Shown here one piece after another: positions 38,950 to 49,850 of a stretch of DNA of 49,850 nucleotides. The stretch is from Nemertoderma westbladi (taxonomy: Eukaryota > Animalia > Xenacoelomorpha): NCBI GenBank assembly GCA_032718475.1, contig JAUCBJ010008609.1, positions 1-49,850 of the forward strand. Reading direction: 5' to 3'. Every line of letters begins with the position of its first letter. Within the stretch, counting starts at the first letter, position 1. The position numbers and the translations under genes are program-made. The notes beneath the pieces are model-generated. The model was not told the DNA's origin. It saw nothing but the letters and a program-made list of their open reading frames with translations, and made no database searches.

Positions 38950-39509
38950 CGAGTACGAGTACGAGTAAGAATACGAGTACAAATAACATTCTCTACTGTA
39001 GGTAACATATTTATTATATACCAGTAACAGCTTACAGTAGAGATACAATAGTGCTGAGCATACTATCTAGCAGGCTCAACAAATCACTCAAGTCAAGTTT
39101 CTGTCAAAAGTTGGAGTATTTATACAAGATCTGGATGGCACACCTTCCTAGCAGACCAATCAGATGGCGATAATGAGATTAGGGATGTCCCGGAATTCCG
39201 GTGGTTTTTGCCCGATTCCGGTTCCGGTCGGAATTGCCGGAATGGGGTCAATTCCGGCCGGAATTTTACCGGAATTTCCAGGTTCCTAACCAGTTTGATA
39301 GTTGCAATTAGTTGTTAAAATATTATCATCATTTATATATTTTTTAAACATTATTACCAATTATTTTAAGATACTTTTAAACACGGGTAAAAAAAGAATA
39401 GAAATAAAGTGTTCTTCGACCGTTAGAGCTAATATTTAAAGATGCAAGGCATAGATGCCCTCTGGTTAGCCCCTTCAAACCATTCGAGCGAAAGCAGCCT
39501 TGGCCCACC

Positions 39510-39575
39510 TACCTGCAGGGATAGAAGCCACGACCTCCAGATAGATTGGAAATCAATGCAACCACTACACCAAGG
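39510..39575 (-). mobile_element. tRNA-derived SINE fragment nested in the hAT element
   Basis: The reverse strand reads CCTTGGTGTAGTGGTTGCATTGA...GTCGTGGCTTCTATCCCTGCAGG, similar to 1338-1400. Confidence 0.55.
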
Positions 39576-39825
39576 TGAAACCTAATTAACGAGGGAAAAT
39601 TCACAGCCACCCTGTTTATTAAAGGGAATGCAGTCTTGATGAGTATATGACATATGTAACATATTTCTAAAATCATTTCACCTGGTAATCAAACTAAAAT
39701 GGTCCTACCACCTGTTACACCACCTACTGTAGTATTCATATACAATTCACAATAACCCTCTTAATTTACATGAACTAATTAAACCCTTTTTTCCTTCTGA
39801 ATATAATTTAAGAAATGCATCATTA

Positions 39826-40187
39826 GGCCCGTGCTCCACTGGTAAGTCGTACTTACGTCGTTTTAAGATTTTGTCTTAGTCAGAATGTCAAAATGAATGC
39901 CTCTTTGCTCCATTGGTAACACAAGTCATAAGTCACTTGATAAAAAATATAAGGTGCGTCTCACATTTACTGCATATTTATACCCAAAGTAACCAATCAC
40001 AGGCCTCTTGCGGGATATAACACATGAGTCATGTGTCAAAAGATGGAACATGGGACATAATCACTTGCGACTCATGGTCGTACACTTAACGATTTACCAG
40101 CGGAGACGCCCCCATTGAAATCAATGTGTTCCATAATTTATTCTGACTAAGACTACATAAGACTTATTTACCAGAGGAGCACGGGCC
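39826..40187. mobile_element. PIF/Harbinger-type MITE nested in the hAT element
   Basis: TIRs GGCCCGTGCTCCACTGGTAA / TTACCAGAGGAGCACGGGCC, with TTA on both flanks. Confidence 0.9.
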
Positions 40188-41278
40188 TTAACGAGTTGTT
40201 TTTCCAATTTGCTTATTATAATTTGCTTATAAAATGGTGTTTTTAGATTGATCTTACAATATTTTACATTGATTTTAAATTATTTTACATTGATTTTATA
40301 TTATTTTACTTTGAATCAATTATATATGATAACATTATGATTGGTATTGTCCAACGTAACATATAGGATGACCCCTAAAGATTTGCAGCTTATTTCCAAG
40401 GGAGTCCTTTATGTTACTTGGTTACAAATACAATATTACACAATACAATATTTCTTACCATAAATCTATTTATTATCAGCAATAATTAAACTGTAACATG
40501 TACTATTGGCCTCGTATATTGTTTTGGTTCGAATAACATGTCACGGTAACATGTTCCTTTCTCTCAAAGACACCAGGATATTGCAACAAAGGACCTAATG
40601 ACGAGAAACCATAGGTTTTTGGTTAACGTCGGTTTTTAGGTATGAGTCTAAATGCTAAAAACCTAACTGTTGGCCAAGGTTATAGATTTTAGAAAAAATA
40701 TATATAAATAATATAAGATATTACGAAAAAAAATATATTGAATTCCCTGTCGTATAAGGCCGAAGTACCATCCCGTCTCCATAATAGGCCATAACGGGCC
40801 AGGCCATTTTCCCCTCCACCCACCTTAATCCCCCCCCCCCCCAAGGTTCTGATTCATCTCATTAGCAGACTTAGCTTTAGGAATTAAAAAAAATAATTTA
40901 TTTCACAAAAAATATAATAAAGTTTCATGGGTCATTTAGTATATTTCACTAATTGTAGAAAATTCCGGTTCCGGCCGGAATATTCCGGCATGTTGAATTC
41001 CGGTTCCGGTTCCGGCCGGAATCAAAATATCGATTCCGGGACATCCCTAAATGAGATGCTGATAATCAGAAGGCAATTATCTGGAGGGATTGACCAATTG
41101 AGGAGGGAGCAGCCATCTGTCAGTTTACAGCGCCACTTATTGAAATATATTATACTTCATATGCGGTGTAAAGATTACCCGCTAGAGGTGTCTCCATTAT
41201 CTCCAACAGTACGTCTGTTTAGTCCGGTCTTGTCTATCTGTCTAAGGCATATCCGTTTCTCTCATCTATAGTCTTCAA

Positions 41279-41555
41279 GGCCCGTTCACATCCTACGGAA
41301 CGGTACACCGCGCGGTGTACCGCAGGGCCAGCGGTATACCGCTGACTGTGAACGACCCAAAAGGTAGTTGTGCGCTAAACCGCGCGGTTTACCGCAGCCC
41401 ATTTAAACAATGTTAAAACAATTAATGTAATTTCCTGTTGAATTCATAGTCGACAGCAACAATCAGTTACCGCAACGGGTAGTGTACCGCTGGCTTACCG
41501 CTTCAATACCGCCAGACTACTTTACCGCTCACACACCGTTGGATGTGAACGGGGC
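41279..41555. mobile_element. Harbinger-like MITE
   Basis: TIRs GGCCCGTTCACATCCTACGG / CCGTTGGATGTGAACGGGGC and internal TACCGC repeats. TSD is degenerate. Confidence 0.78.
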
Positions 41556-41743
41556 TATACATATGTGAGGCATTGTACGACTATGACGTAACAAATTGGA
41601 GTACAGGGTTTGTTTCTCAAAATGTTGACTGTGAAAAGTTTCTAAAGGGACAGAAACAATTTAGAAAATCTAAATTTTGTTTAGGAAACCAAAATAATTT
41701 GCCCAAAGTGGTGAATAAATTGGGAAAGTGAAAAGTAAGCCAT

Positions 41744-42222
41744 GCATTACTGCTGTATTGCAGCATTACTGCTGTATTGCAGCATTACTGCTGTATTGCA
41801 GCATTACTGCTGTATTACAGCATTACTGCTGTATTGCAGCATTACTGCTGAATTGCAGCATTACTGCTGTATTGCAGCATTACTGCTGCATTGCAGCATT
41901 ACTGCTGTATTGCAGCATTACTGCTGTATTGCAGCATTACTGCTGTATTGCAGCATTACTGCTGTATTGCAGCATTACTGCTGTATTGCAGCATTACTGC
42001 TGTATTGCAGCATTACTGCTGTATTGCAGCATTACTGCTGTATTGCAGTATTACTGCTGTATTGCAGCATTACTGCTATATTGCAGAATTACTGCTGCAT
42101 TGCAGCATTACTGCTGTATTGCAGCATTACTGCTGTATTGCAGCATTTCTGCTGTATTGCAGCATTACTGCTGTATTGCAGCATTACTGCTGTATTGCAG
42201 CATTACTGCTGCATTGCAGCAT
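41744..42222. repeat. 19-bp minisatellite (GCATTACTGCTGTATTGCA)n, about 25 copies
   Basis: Direct tandem units. Confidence 0.97.
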
Positions 42223-42527
42223 CCCGCCTTCAGAACGCCTTCCTAAATAAAAAAAATACCCTTTCCTTATTTAGCGCATTCAAATGCTTTTTTACAACTT
42301 TTAAGTTAATTTATAACTTATATTTAAGGTATCCGTTTTCATTCATCTATGTCCCGGTAGGGTTACCACCCGGTCGCACTTGGTACCTTTCTACTATGAC
42401 GATACGACCCTCACCCTCAGCTAGTCAACTACAGCCATTATTTTTCATAAGTTTCCTTTAAAAGTCCTATAAAACGACTATAAATTACGGGAATGACAGT
42501 GAACCACTCTTAAACTGTGGGGCGAGC

Positions 42528-43409
42528 GACGAAAGTAAGCGAGCTTAGCATACAGGTACCACTAACTCAGACGAAAGTAAGCGAGCTTAGCATACAGGTA
42601 CCACTAACTCAGACGAAAATAAGCGAGCTTAGCATACAGGTACCACTAACTCAGACGAAAATAAGCGAGCTTAGCATACAGGTACCACTAACTCAGACGA
42701 AAGTAAGCGAGCTTAGCATACAGGTACCACTAACTCAGACGAAAGTAAGCGAGCTTAGCATACAGGTACCACTAACTCAGACGAAAGTAAGCGAGCTTAG
42801 CATACAGGTACCACTAACTAAGACGAAAGTAAGCGAGCTTAGCATACAGGTACCACTAACTCAGACGAAAGTAAGCGAGCTTAGCATACAGGTACCACTA
42901 ACTCAGACGAAAGTAAGCGAGCTTAGCATACAGGTACCACTAACTCAGACGAAAGTAAGCGAGCTTAGCATACAGGTACCACTAACTCAGACGAAAATAA
43001 GCGAGCTTAGCATACAGGTACCACTAACTCAGACGAAAATAAGCGAGCTTAGCATACAGGTATCACTAACTCAGACGAAAGTAAGCGAGCTTAGCATACA
43101 GGTACCACTAACTCAGACGAAAGTAAGCGAGCTTAGCATACAGGTACCACTAACTCAGACGAAAGTAAGCGAGCTTAGCATACAGGTACCACTAACTCAG
43201 ACGAAAGTAAGCGAGCTTAGCATACAGGTACCACTAACTCAGACGAAAATAAGCGAGCTTAGCATACAGGTACCACTAACTCAGACGAAAGTAAGCGAGC
43301 TTAGCATACAGGTACCACTAACTCAGACGAAAGTAAGCGAGCTTAGCATACAGGTACCACTAACTCAGACGAAAGTAAGCGAGCTTAGCATACAGGTACC
43401 ACTAACTCA
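42528..43409. repeat. 42-bp tandem repeat, 21 copies
   Basis: GACGAAAGTAAGCGAGCTTAGCATACAGGTACCACTAACTCA; 882 bp = 21 x 42. Confidence 0.97.
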
Positions 43410-43731
43410 ATCGGTGTGTCTGTTGATCTGTCGTTCTGTTGTGTCCAATTTTAAACGTTAATAACTCCGCCAAGGGTTAATGAAATTTAACCAAACTTGG
43501 TACACATGTAGTCTGGCCAAAGTTTAGAAATTTTCCAAGTTGAATTTCCGTGTGGCCTTCGAGAAGCTAAGATAATAGCAGTTAATTAGTTAATTAAGTT
43601 GATTAGGGTAAAAACAGCAATTTCAACCTGCCTCCTTAAAGGATATTAATTATTTTCTAGTATAAGATTTAAATAATTATACTTCAAAATTATATAACTG
43701 TAATCCCCTCATGTGAAAGCACATAACAAAC

Positions 43732-46700
43732 GGGTAGGTGTAAAACGCGGATCCGGATCCGGATTCAGGATCCGGATACGGATCAGGACCCGGATTTGCG
43801 AGTGTAAAAGGCGGATCCGGATTTACATACAATCCGTAACTGAGTGTAATATGCGGATTCTGAAATACGCAATCCGTATTGCAGTGTAAAACGCGGATTC
43901 ATATATTTTGTGAATCCGGAATGGAGTGTAAAATACGGATTTACGTTAATTACCAAGTTTTAATGGATCCGGAATGGAGTGTAATACACGGATTTTCGTG
44001 AATTACCAAGTTTTGTTGGATCCGGAATGGAGTGTAAAATACGGATTTTCGTTAATTACCAAGTTTTATTGGATCCGGAATGGAGTGTAAAACACGGATT
44101 TCGTTAATAACCAAATTTTGTTGGATCCGGAATGGAGTGTAAAACACGGATTTCGTTAATTACCAAGTTTTGTTGGATCCGGAATGGAGTGTAAAACACG
44201 GATTTTCGTTAATTAACAAGTTTTGTTGGATCCGTAATGGAGTGTAAAACACGGATTGTCGTTAATTACCAAGTTTTGTTGGATCCGGAATGGAGTGTAA
44301 AACACGGATTTACGTTAATTACCAAGTTTTATTGGATCCGGAATGGAGTGTAAAACACGGATTTATGTTAATTACCAAGTTTTATTGGATCCGGAATGGA
44401 GTGTAAAACACGGATTTACGTTAATAACCAAATTTTGTTGGATCCGGAATGGAGTGTAAAACACGGATTTCGTTAATTACCAAGTTTTATTGGATCCGGA
44501 ATGGAGTGTAAAACACGGATTTACGTTAATTACCAAGTTTTATTGGATCCGGAATGGAGTGTAAAACACGGATTGTCGTTAATTACCAAGTTTTGTTGGA
44601 TCCGGAATGGAGTGTAAAACACGGATTTACGTTAATTACCAAGTTTTATTGGATCCGGAATGGAGTGTAAAACACGGATTTACGTTAATTACCAAGTTTT
44701 ATTGGATCCGGAATGGAGTGTAAAACACGGATTTGCGTTAATTACCAAGTTTTATTGGATCCGGAATGGAGTGTAAAACACGGATTTTCGTTAATTACCA
44801 AGTTTTGTTGGATCCGGAATGGAGTGTAAAACACGGATTTACGTTAATTACCAAGTTTTAATGGATCCGGAAAGGGGTGTAAAACGCGGATTCAATTTAT
44901 TTACCAAGTGTTACTAGATCCGGGAAGGGGTGTAAAACGCGGATTGATTCAGGTTAATTACAAAGTGTTACTGGATCCGGGAAGGGGTGTAAAACGCGGA
45001 TTGATTCAGGTTAATTACAAAGTGTTACTGGATCCGGGAAGGTTGTAAAACGCGGATTTACGTTAATTACTGAGTTTGTTAATGAGGGACACAACTATTA
45101 ATGAGGTACACACATTAATGAGGGACACAAACATTAATGGGGGACACCTTAATAGTTAATAGACACCTTAATAATTTGTCTATGTCTAGGGGCCACACAT
45201 AAGCTTAATCCGGCTCTGGGGGACACCTTAATAGGGGTCAATGCTTCCCAATGAATTATTAATAAGGGCGATGGTGATGCTTGGCCGTCAGACATTATTA
45301 GATATTGATTAGCTGAAAAACTATACTACCGTGGGAACGTGACCTCTCTGGTAGAGCAGCTCTGTAGACAATTGTATGGTAGGATTACTGTCCTGTTCCC
45401 TGATTGGCTTATCCATCCCAACCTCCCTTACAAACAAGAATCACTGTTCTGCCTAGCTGGCGGTAGTTTGTACTGCATCATAGCGTACTCTATTTAAGGC
45501 CTTGCAAGCGTGCTGCCTTCCTAATTTATGGAGGCTGAACTGTTCAGTATAATTTCTTATTTAATTTCTTATTAAACATGGATGACAGTGATGACTTTGT
45601 AAAGGTTCCATTTACGGGATTCGTTATTCCGAGTCCAACCAATGATACAGCCATTGTTGAGCCGCTTGAACTCACTACCCAAACATCGTGCACCCCGAGT
45701 CCGGAGAAGAAAAAAACCAGGAAAGTCAGCAAGCCAAGAAAAGTTACTAAAGAACAATAAACATTGCACTAATTAATAATTGTAACTAGATGAGGGTCTG
45801 GGTCTTTATTGCATATGCGTTTTATAAATTGTTCATTAAAACTTACTAATTAACTTGAATCCGCGTTTTACACCCCTTCCCGGATCCACTAAAACTTGGT
45901 AATTAACATAAATCCGTGTTTTACACTCCGTTCCGGATCCAATAAAACTTGGTAATTAACGTAAATCCGTGTTTTACACTCCATTCCGGATCCAAAAAAA
46001 CTTGGTAATTAACGTAAATCTGTGTTTTACACTCCATTCCGGATCCAATAAAACTTGGTAATTAATGTAAATCCGTATTTTACACTCCATTCCGGATCCA
46101 ATAAAACTTGGTAATTAACGTAAATCCGTGTTTTACACTCCATTCCGGATCCAATAAAACTTGGTAATTAACGTAAATCCGTATTTTACACTCCATTCCG
46201 GATCCAATAAAACTTGGTAATTAACGTAAATCCGTGTTTTACACTCCATTCCGGATCCAATAAAACTTGGTAATTAACGTAATCCGTATTTTACACTCCA
46301 TTCCGGATCCAATAAAACTTGGTAATTAACGTAAATCCGTGTTTTACACTCCATTCCGGATCCAATAAAACTTGATAATTAACGTAAATCCGTGTTTTAC
46401 ACTCCATTCCGGATCCAATAAAACTTAGTAATTAACGCAAATCAGCGTTTTACACCCCTTCCCGGATCCAATAAAACTTGGTAATTAACTACAATCCGCG
46501 TTTTACACCCCTTCCCGGATCCAATAAAACATGGTAATTAACTTGAATCCGCGTTTTACACTCCATTCCGGATCCAATAAAACTTGATAATTAACGTAAA
46601 TCCGTGTTTTACACTCCATTCCGGATCCAATAAAACTTAGTAATTAACGTAAATCCGTGTTTTACACTCCATTCCGGATCCAATAAAACTTGATAATTAA

Positions 46701-47198
46701 CGTAAATCCGTGTTTTACACTCCATTCCGGATCCAATAAAACTTAGTAATTAACGTAAATCCGCGTTTTACACCCTTCCCGGATCCAATAAAACTTGGTA
46801 ATTAACTAGAATCCGCGTTTTACACCCCTTCCCGGATCCAATAAAACATGGTAATTAACTTGAATCCGCGTTTTACACCCCTTCCCGGATTTAATAAAAC
46901 TTTGTAATAAACCTGAATCCGTATTTTACACCCAATCCCGGATTCAGTAGAAAATGAATCCGCGTTTTACACTCCGTTCAGGATTTAGCCTAAAACATGA
47001 ATCCGCGCTTTACACTCCATTCCGGATCTGAAAAAAAGGCCAATCCGCATTTTACACTCGGTTACGGATTCGGTAAATTTAGCAGTGCACGGATCCGCAG
47101 ATTACACCCTAAAAATGTAAATTCAGTCGACTTCCATAGGGACAATGTTAAATGATAGAATCCGGATCCTGATCCGGATCCGCGTTTTACTCTGACCC
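43732..47198. mobile_element. Foldback-type (Mutator/MULE-like) element with long modular inverted arms
   Basis: Perfect 9-bp TSD ATAACAAAC (43723-43731, 47199-47207). Termini GGGTAGGTGTAAAACGCGGATCCGGATC / GATCCGGATCCGCGTTTTACTCTGACCC. Arms are 53-bp tandem units in opposite orientations (about 43910-45070 and 45850-46950). Confidence 0.92.
45578..45760 (+). CDS. Putative 60-aa cargo ORF in the Foldback loop (unknown function, basic C-terminus)
   Basis: AAACATGG start context, upstream ATTGG (45403) and TATTTAA (45491), and AATAAA overlapping the stop. No recognised domain. Confidence 0.35.
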   Translation: MDDSDDFVKVPFTGFVIPSPTNDTAIVEPLELTTQTSCTPSPEKKKTRKVSKPRKVTKEQ

Positions 47199-47224
47199 AT
47201 AACAAACAGGGTGACATGGTCGCA

Positions 47225-49800
47225 TGGACATCGACATCATCTGCATCCAAGAACATCGGATTTGTCATGAAGACACTGCCATGAAGTACAATGACATTGG
47301 AAATGGATGGACGTTAGTAACAAGCTCAGCAGTAAGAAACTCGGCCAATGCATCAATTGGAGGAGTAGGAATTCTGCTAAGTCCATTTGCACTTAAGACC
47401 CTAAACAACATCGAATCTATAAATTCCAGGGTTATGATCGCAACTTTTGATGGGAATCCCAAGGCAACAGTTAAATGTTGCTACAGTCCAACCAATGCCA
47501 CAGAGCCAGAACAAGCCAGTCAAGTTTTATGAAGATGTGACTGGTCTTATATAGGACATTCCGAAACACAATGTTAAAGTCATTGCTGGTGACCTGAATG
47601 CGCAAATTGGCCCAGAAGACATCAAGGATTACACATATAACACCAGTTCTAATAGAAATGGGTACTTACTTTTAGGCCTAATGGAAGAATGTGAATTGAT
47701 ACCAACAAACACCACATTCGAAAAGAGCAAGGGGAAGCTATGGACCTTTCAATACCCTAATGGAACCAAAGCACAACTGGATTACATCCTTATAAACAAA
47801 AAGTGGAGAAACAGCATGATCAACTGTGAGGCATACAGCTCGTTCAACCTAATTGGTTCGGTCCACAGAATTGCGACTGCAGAGATCAGACTCAGTTTGA
47901 GAGCCAGAAAACCCAGGACAAACAAGCAAATCAACTATGACTGGAAGAAACTCAGAACTGACAATGCAGTAAAGGATGCTTACACAGTAGAAGTTCAAAA
48001 CCGCTTTGAAGCACTTCAGTCAATGGATGAAGACCAGTCCACCGATTCAATATACCAGAATATAATAAAAGCCCGCAAGGAATCAGCTAAGAGGCATATC
48101 CCACAGAAACCCAAACGAAAACAGTATGTGCCATGGCAAAACTCTGAGGTTACTTGTAAGAGAGAAGATCTTAAGATAGCCTACAAAGTTAAAACCGAAC
48201 ACCCAACAACCGAAAACATTAACAAGGTTGAGAAAGCTAAGGATGATTTTAAATAGGCCTACAACATCAGCCAGGAAAAGTACATACAGGATAAAATTGA
48301 AGCAATTACAACTGCTCACATACAGCAACAATCAAGACTTACCTGGCAAACTGTGAATGAGGTATCTGGTCGGAAAAGTTGTGCAAAGGGGCGCCTCAAA
48401 GCCGATAATCCCGAAGAACGTGTGGGGAAGTGGAAAAATCACTTCAGCAACTTGCTTGGGCAGCCACGAAACATCGAGGCCAGCCCTACAAGGAAAATAT
48501 ATGACAAGACACTACCTAGAGACAGGGGACTTCACACCTGCCGAACTCCAAAGAAGCATTAAAAGCATGTCCAATAATAAAGCGTGTGGATTATATGAAA
48601 TTCCAGCGGGGGTATGGAAAACAGGAGTGCGAAACAGACCATTATTGAATGTTTGCAACCGGATGTTAAAAGGGGAAAAGCCTCCACCAATTTGGATTAA
48701 AGTTCAACTAAAGCCTCTCCCCAAGAAAGGAGACCTCGGTATACCAACAAACTATCGTGGGATCTGTCTGCTTGTGGTAGCTGCCAAAATATACAATAAA
48801 ATGATTCTATATAGGATTAGGCCTCACATAGAGAAATTACTGCGTAAGAGCCAAAACGGATTTCGACCAAGTAGATCAACAATAGCTCAGATACTTGCAC
48901 TACGGAGACTGATTGAAGGAATTAAGTCAAAGAATCCCCCCTCAGTTGTGGACTTCAAGAAGGCATTCGACTCCATCCATAGAGGTAAAATGCTTGAAAT
49001 CCTAAGAGCTTATGGAATACCAGAAGTAATCGTTGCTGGCATTGGACCGTTATATTGTGACACAGAAGCACAGGTACTCTCACCAGATGGTGAAACTGAG
49101 TTTTTCTCAATCCTGGCTGGCGTACTGCAAGGTGACACATTTAGCACCATTACTATTTGTAATTGTACTGGATTACGCAATGAAGACACCCACAAAGGGT
49201 GAAGATCTGGGATTCACACTTCAAGAACGCAGAAGTAGTAGATATCCGGCAACTGCAGTCACAGACACCGACTTTGCGGATGACATCGCCCTGCTCTCTA
49301 ATACGCTAGCAGATGCACAGCTTCTACTGAATAAAGTGGAGAGGGCTGCTAAGGAGGTTGGATTGCATATAAATGCTACCAAGACCGAATTCATGACTTT
49401 TAATGTTGATGGAAACTTGACATCCATTGATAATAATCAACTAAGGAAGGTTGACGACTTCCAGTACCTTGGATTATCGATAGAGAGTAGCAAAAAGGAC
49501 ATAGAAGTTAGGAAAGCAAAGGCTTGGGTAGCTCTATCAAAAATGGATACCAGGCACCTGAAGACTAAGTTCTTTCGAGCCACAGTGGAAAGTGTATTTT
49601 TATACGGGGGTGAGACCTGGCACCTGGACACTGGCTAAATCACTTGAACAACGAATTGATGGTTGCTACACAAGACTACTAAGGGCAGCCCTAAACATCA
49701 GCTGGAGACAACACATGACAAACGCCGAGCTTTATGGTACAATACCACCTGTATCAACCACCCTCCGTGAACGCAGATTAAGATTCAGTGGGCACTGCTT
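47225..49800 (+). mobile_element. Decayed RTE-like LINE ORF2 (apurinic endonuclease + reverse transcriptase)
   Basis: APE motifs DIICIQEHR, GGVGILLS, YSPTN and QLDYILIN. RT motifs PLPKKGDL, QNGFRPSRST, VDFKKAFDSI, GVLQGDT and DTDFADD. Several frameshifts and stops. Confidence 0.93.
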
Positions 49801-49850
49801 GTACGCGCTTTTGAAGACCTTTAGCAGTTTAACCTGCCAAAATTTATATG
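49801..49850. mobile_element. Start of a second copy of the element at 13156-15050, interrupting the LINE
   Basis: CGCGCTTTTGAAGACCTTTAGCAGTTTAACCTGCCAAAATTTA matches about 13159-13198. LINE coding homology stops abruptly after RLRFSGHC. Confidence 0.65.

Larger units (their letters stand above)
39180..41049. mobile_element. Non-autonomous hAT transposon
   Basis: TIRs TAGGGATGTCCCGGAAT / ATTCCGGGACATCCCTA, perfect 8-bp TSD AATGAGAT (39172-39179, 41050-41057) and subterminal TTCCGG repeats. Confidence 0.93.

Noticed and set aside
41728-42461. Cys-rich ORFs, and similarly those at 6709-7171
   Set aside because: These are minisatellite translations, not metallothionein- or keratin-like genes.
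42517-43461. 314-aa ORF of 14-aa repeats
   Set aside because: It has no ATG start, the unit is simply a multiple of 3, nucleotide copies are near-identical, and it lies in a TE-like context.

Overview
Eukaryotic, AT-rich and repeat-dominated genomic DNA, probably from an invertebrate animal. It holds one clear host gene, a three-coding-exon F-box/LRR gene matching FBXL16 (+ strand, about 9885-11065, 19684-19832, 20401-20549; about 492 aa from the ATG at 9885). The rest is about ten unrelated tandem-repeat arrays (units of 13, 19, 22, 29, 42, 42/46, 50 and 53 bp), decayed non-LTR retrotransposons (two RTE-like LINEs, a short 3' copy of one, and a CRE-like remnant), tRNA-derived SINE fragments and many non-autonomous DNA transposons. 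These include hAT (8-bp TSD), PIF/Harbinger (TTA TSD), TTAA-flanked and Helentron/DINE-1-like elements. The most notable items are: a 3.47-kb Foldback/Mutator-like element (9-bp TSD) whose loop carries a small ORF with promoter-like and polyA signals; satellites that appear to grow out of transposon parts; a repeat-borne cluster of CTCF-like motifs upstream of the gene; a perfect AT-rich palindrome with 93-bp arms; and a back-to-back PCR/SMART adapter pair at 117-168, which marks a probable chimeric assembly join. Almost all long ORFs in the track are translations of satellites. No CRISPR or prokaryotic system is present. Family assignments come from motif recognition only; no database search was run.
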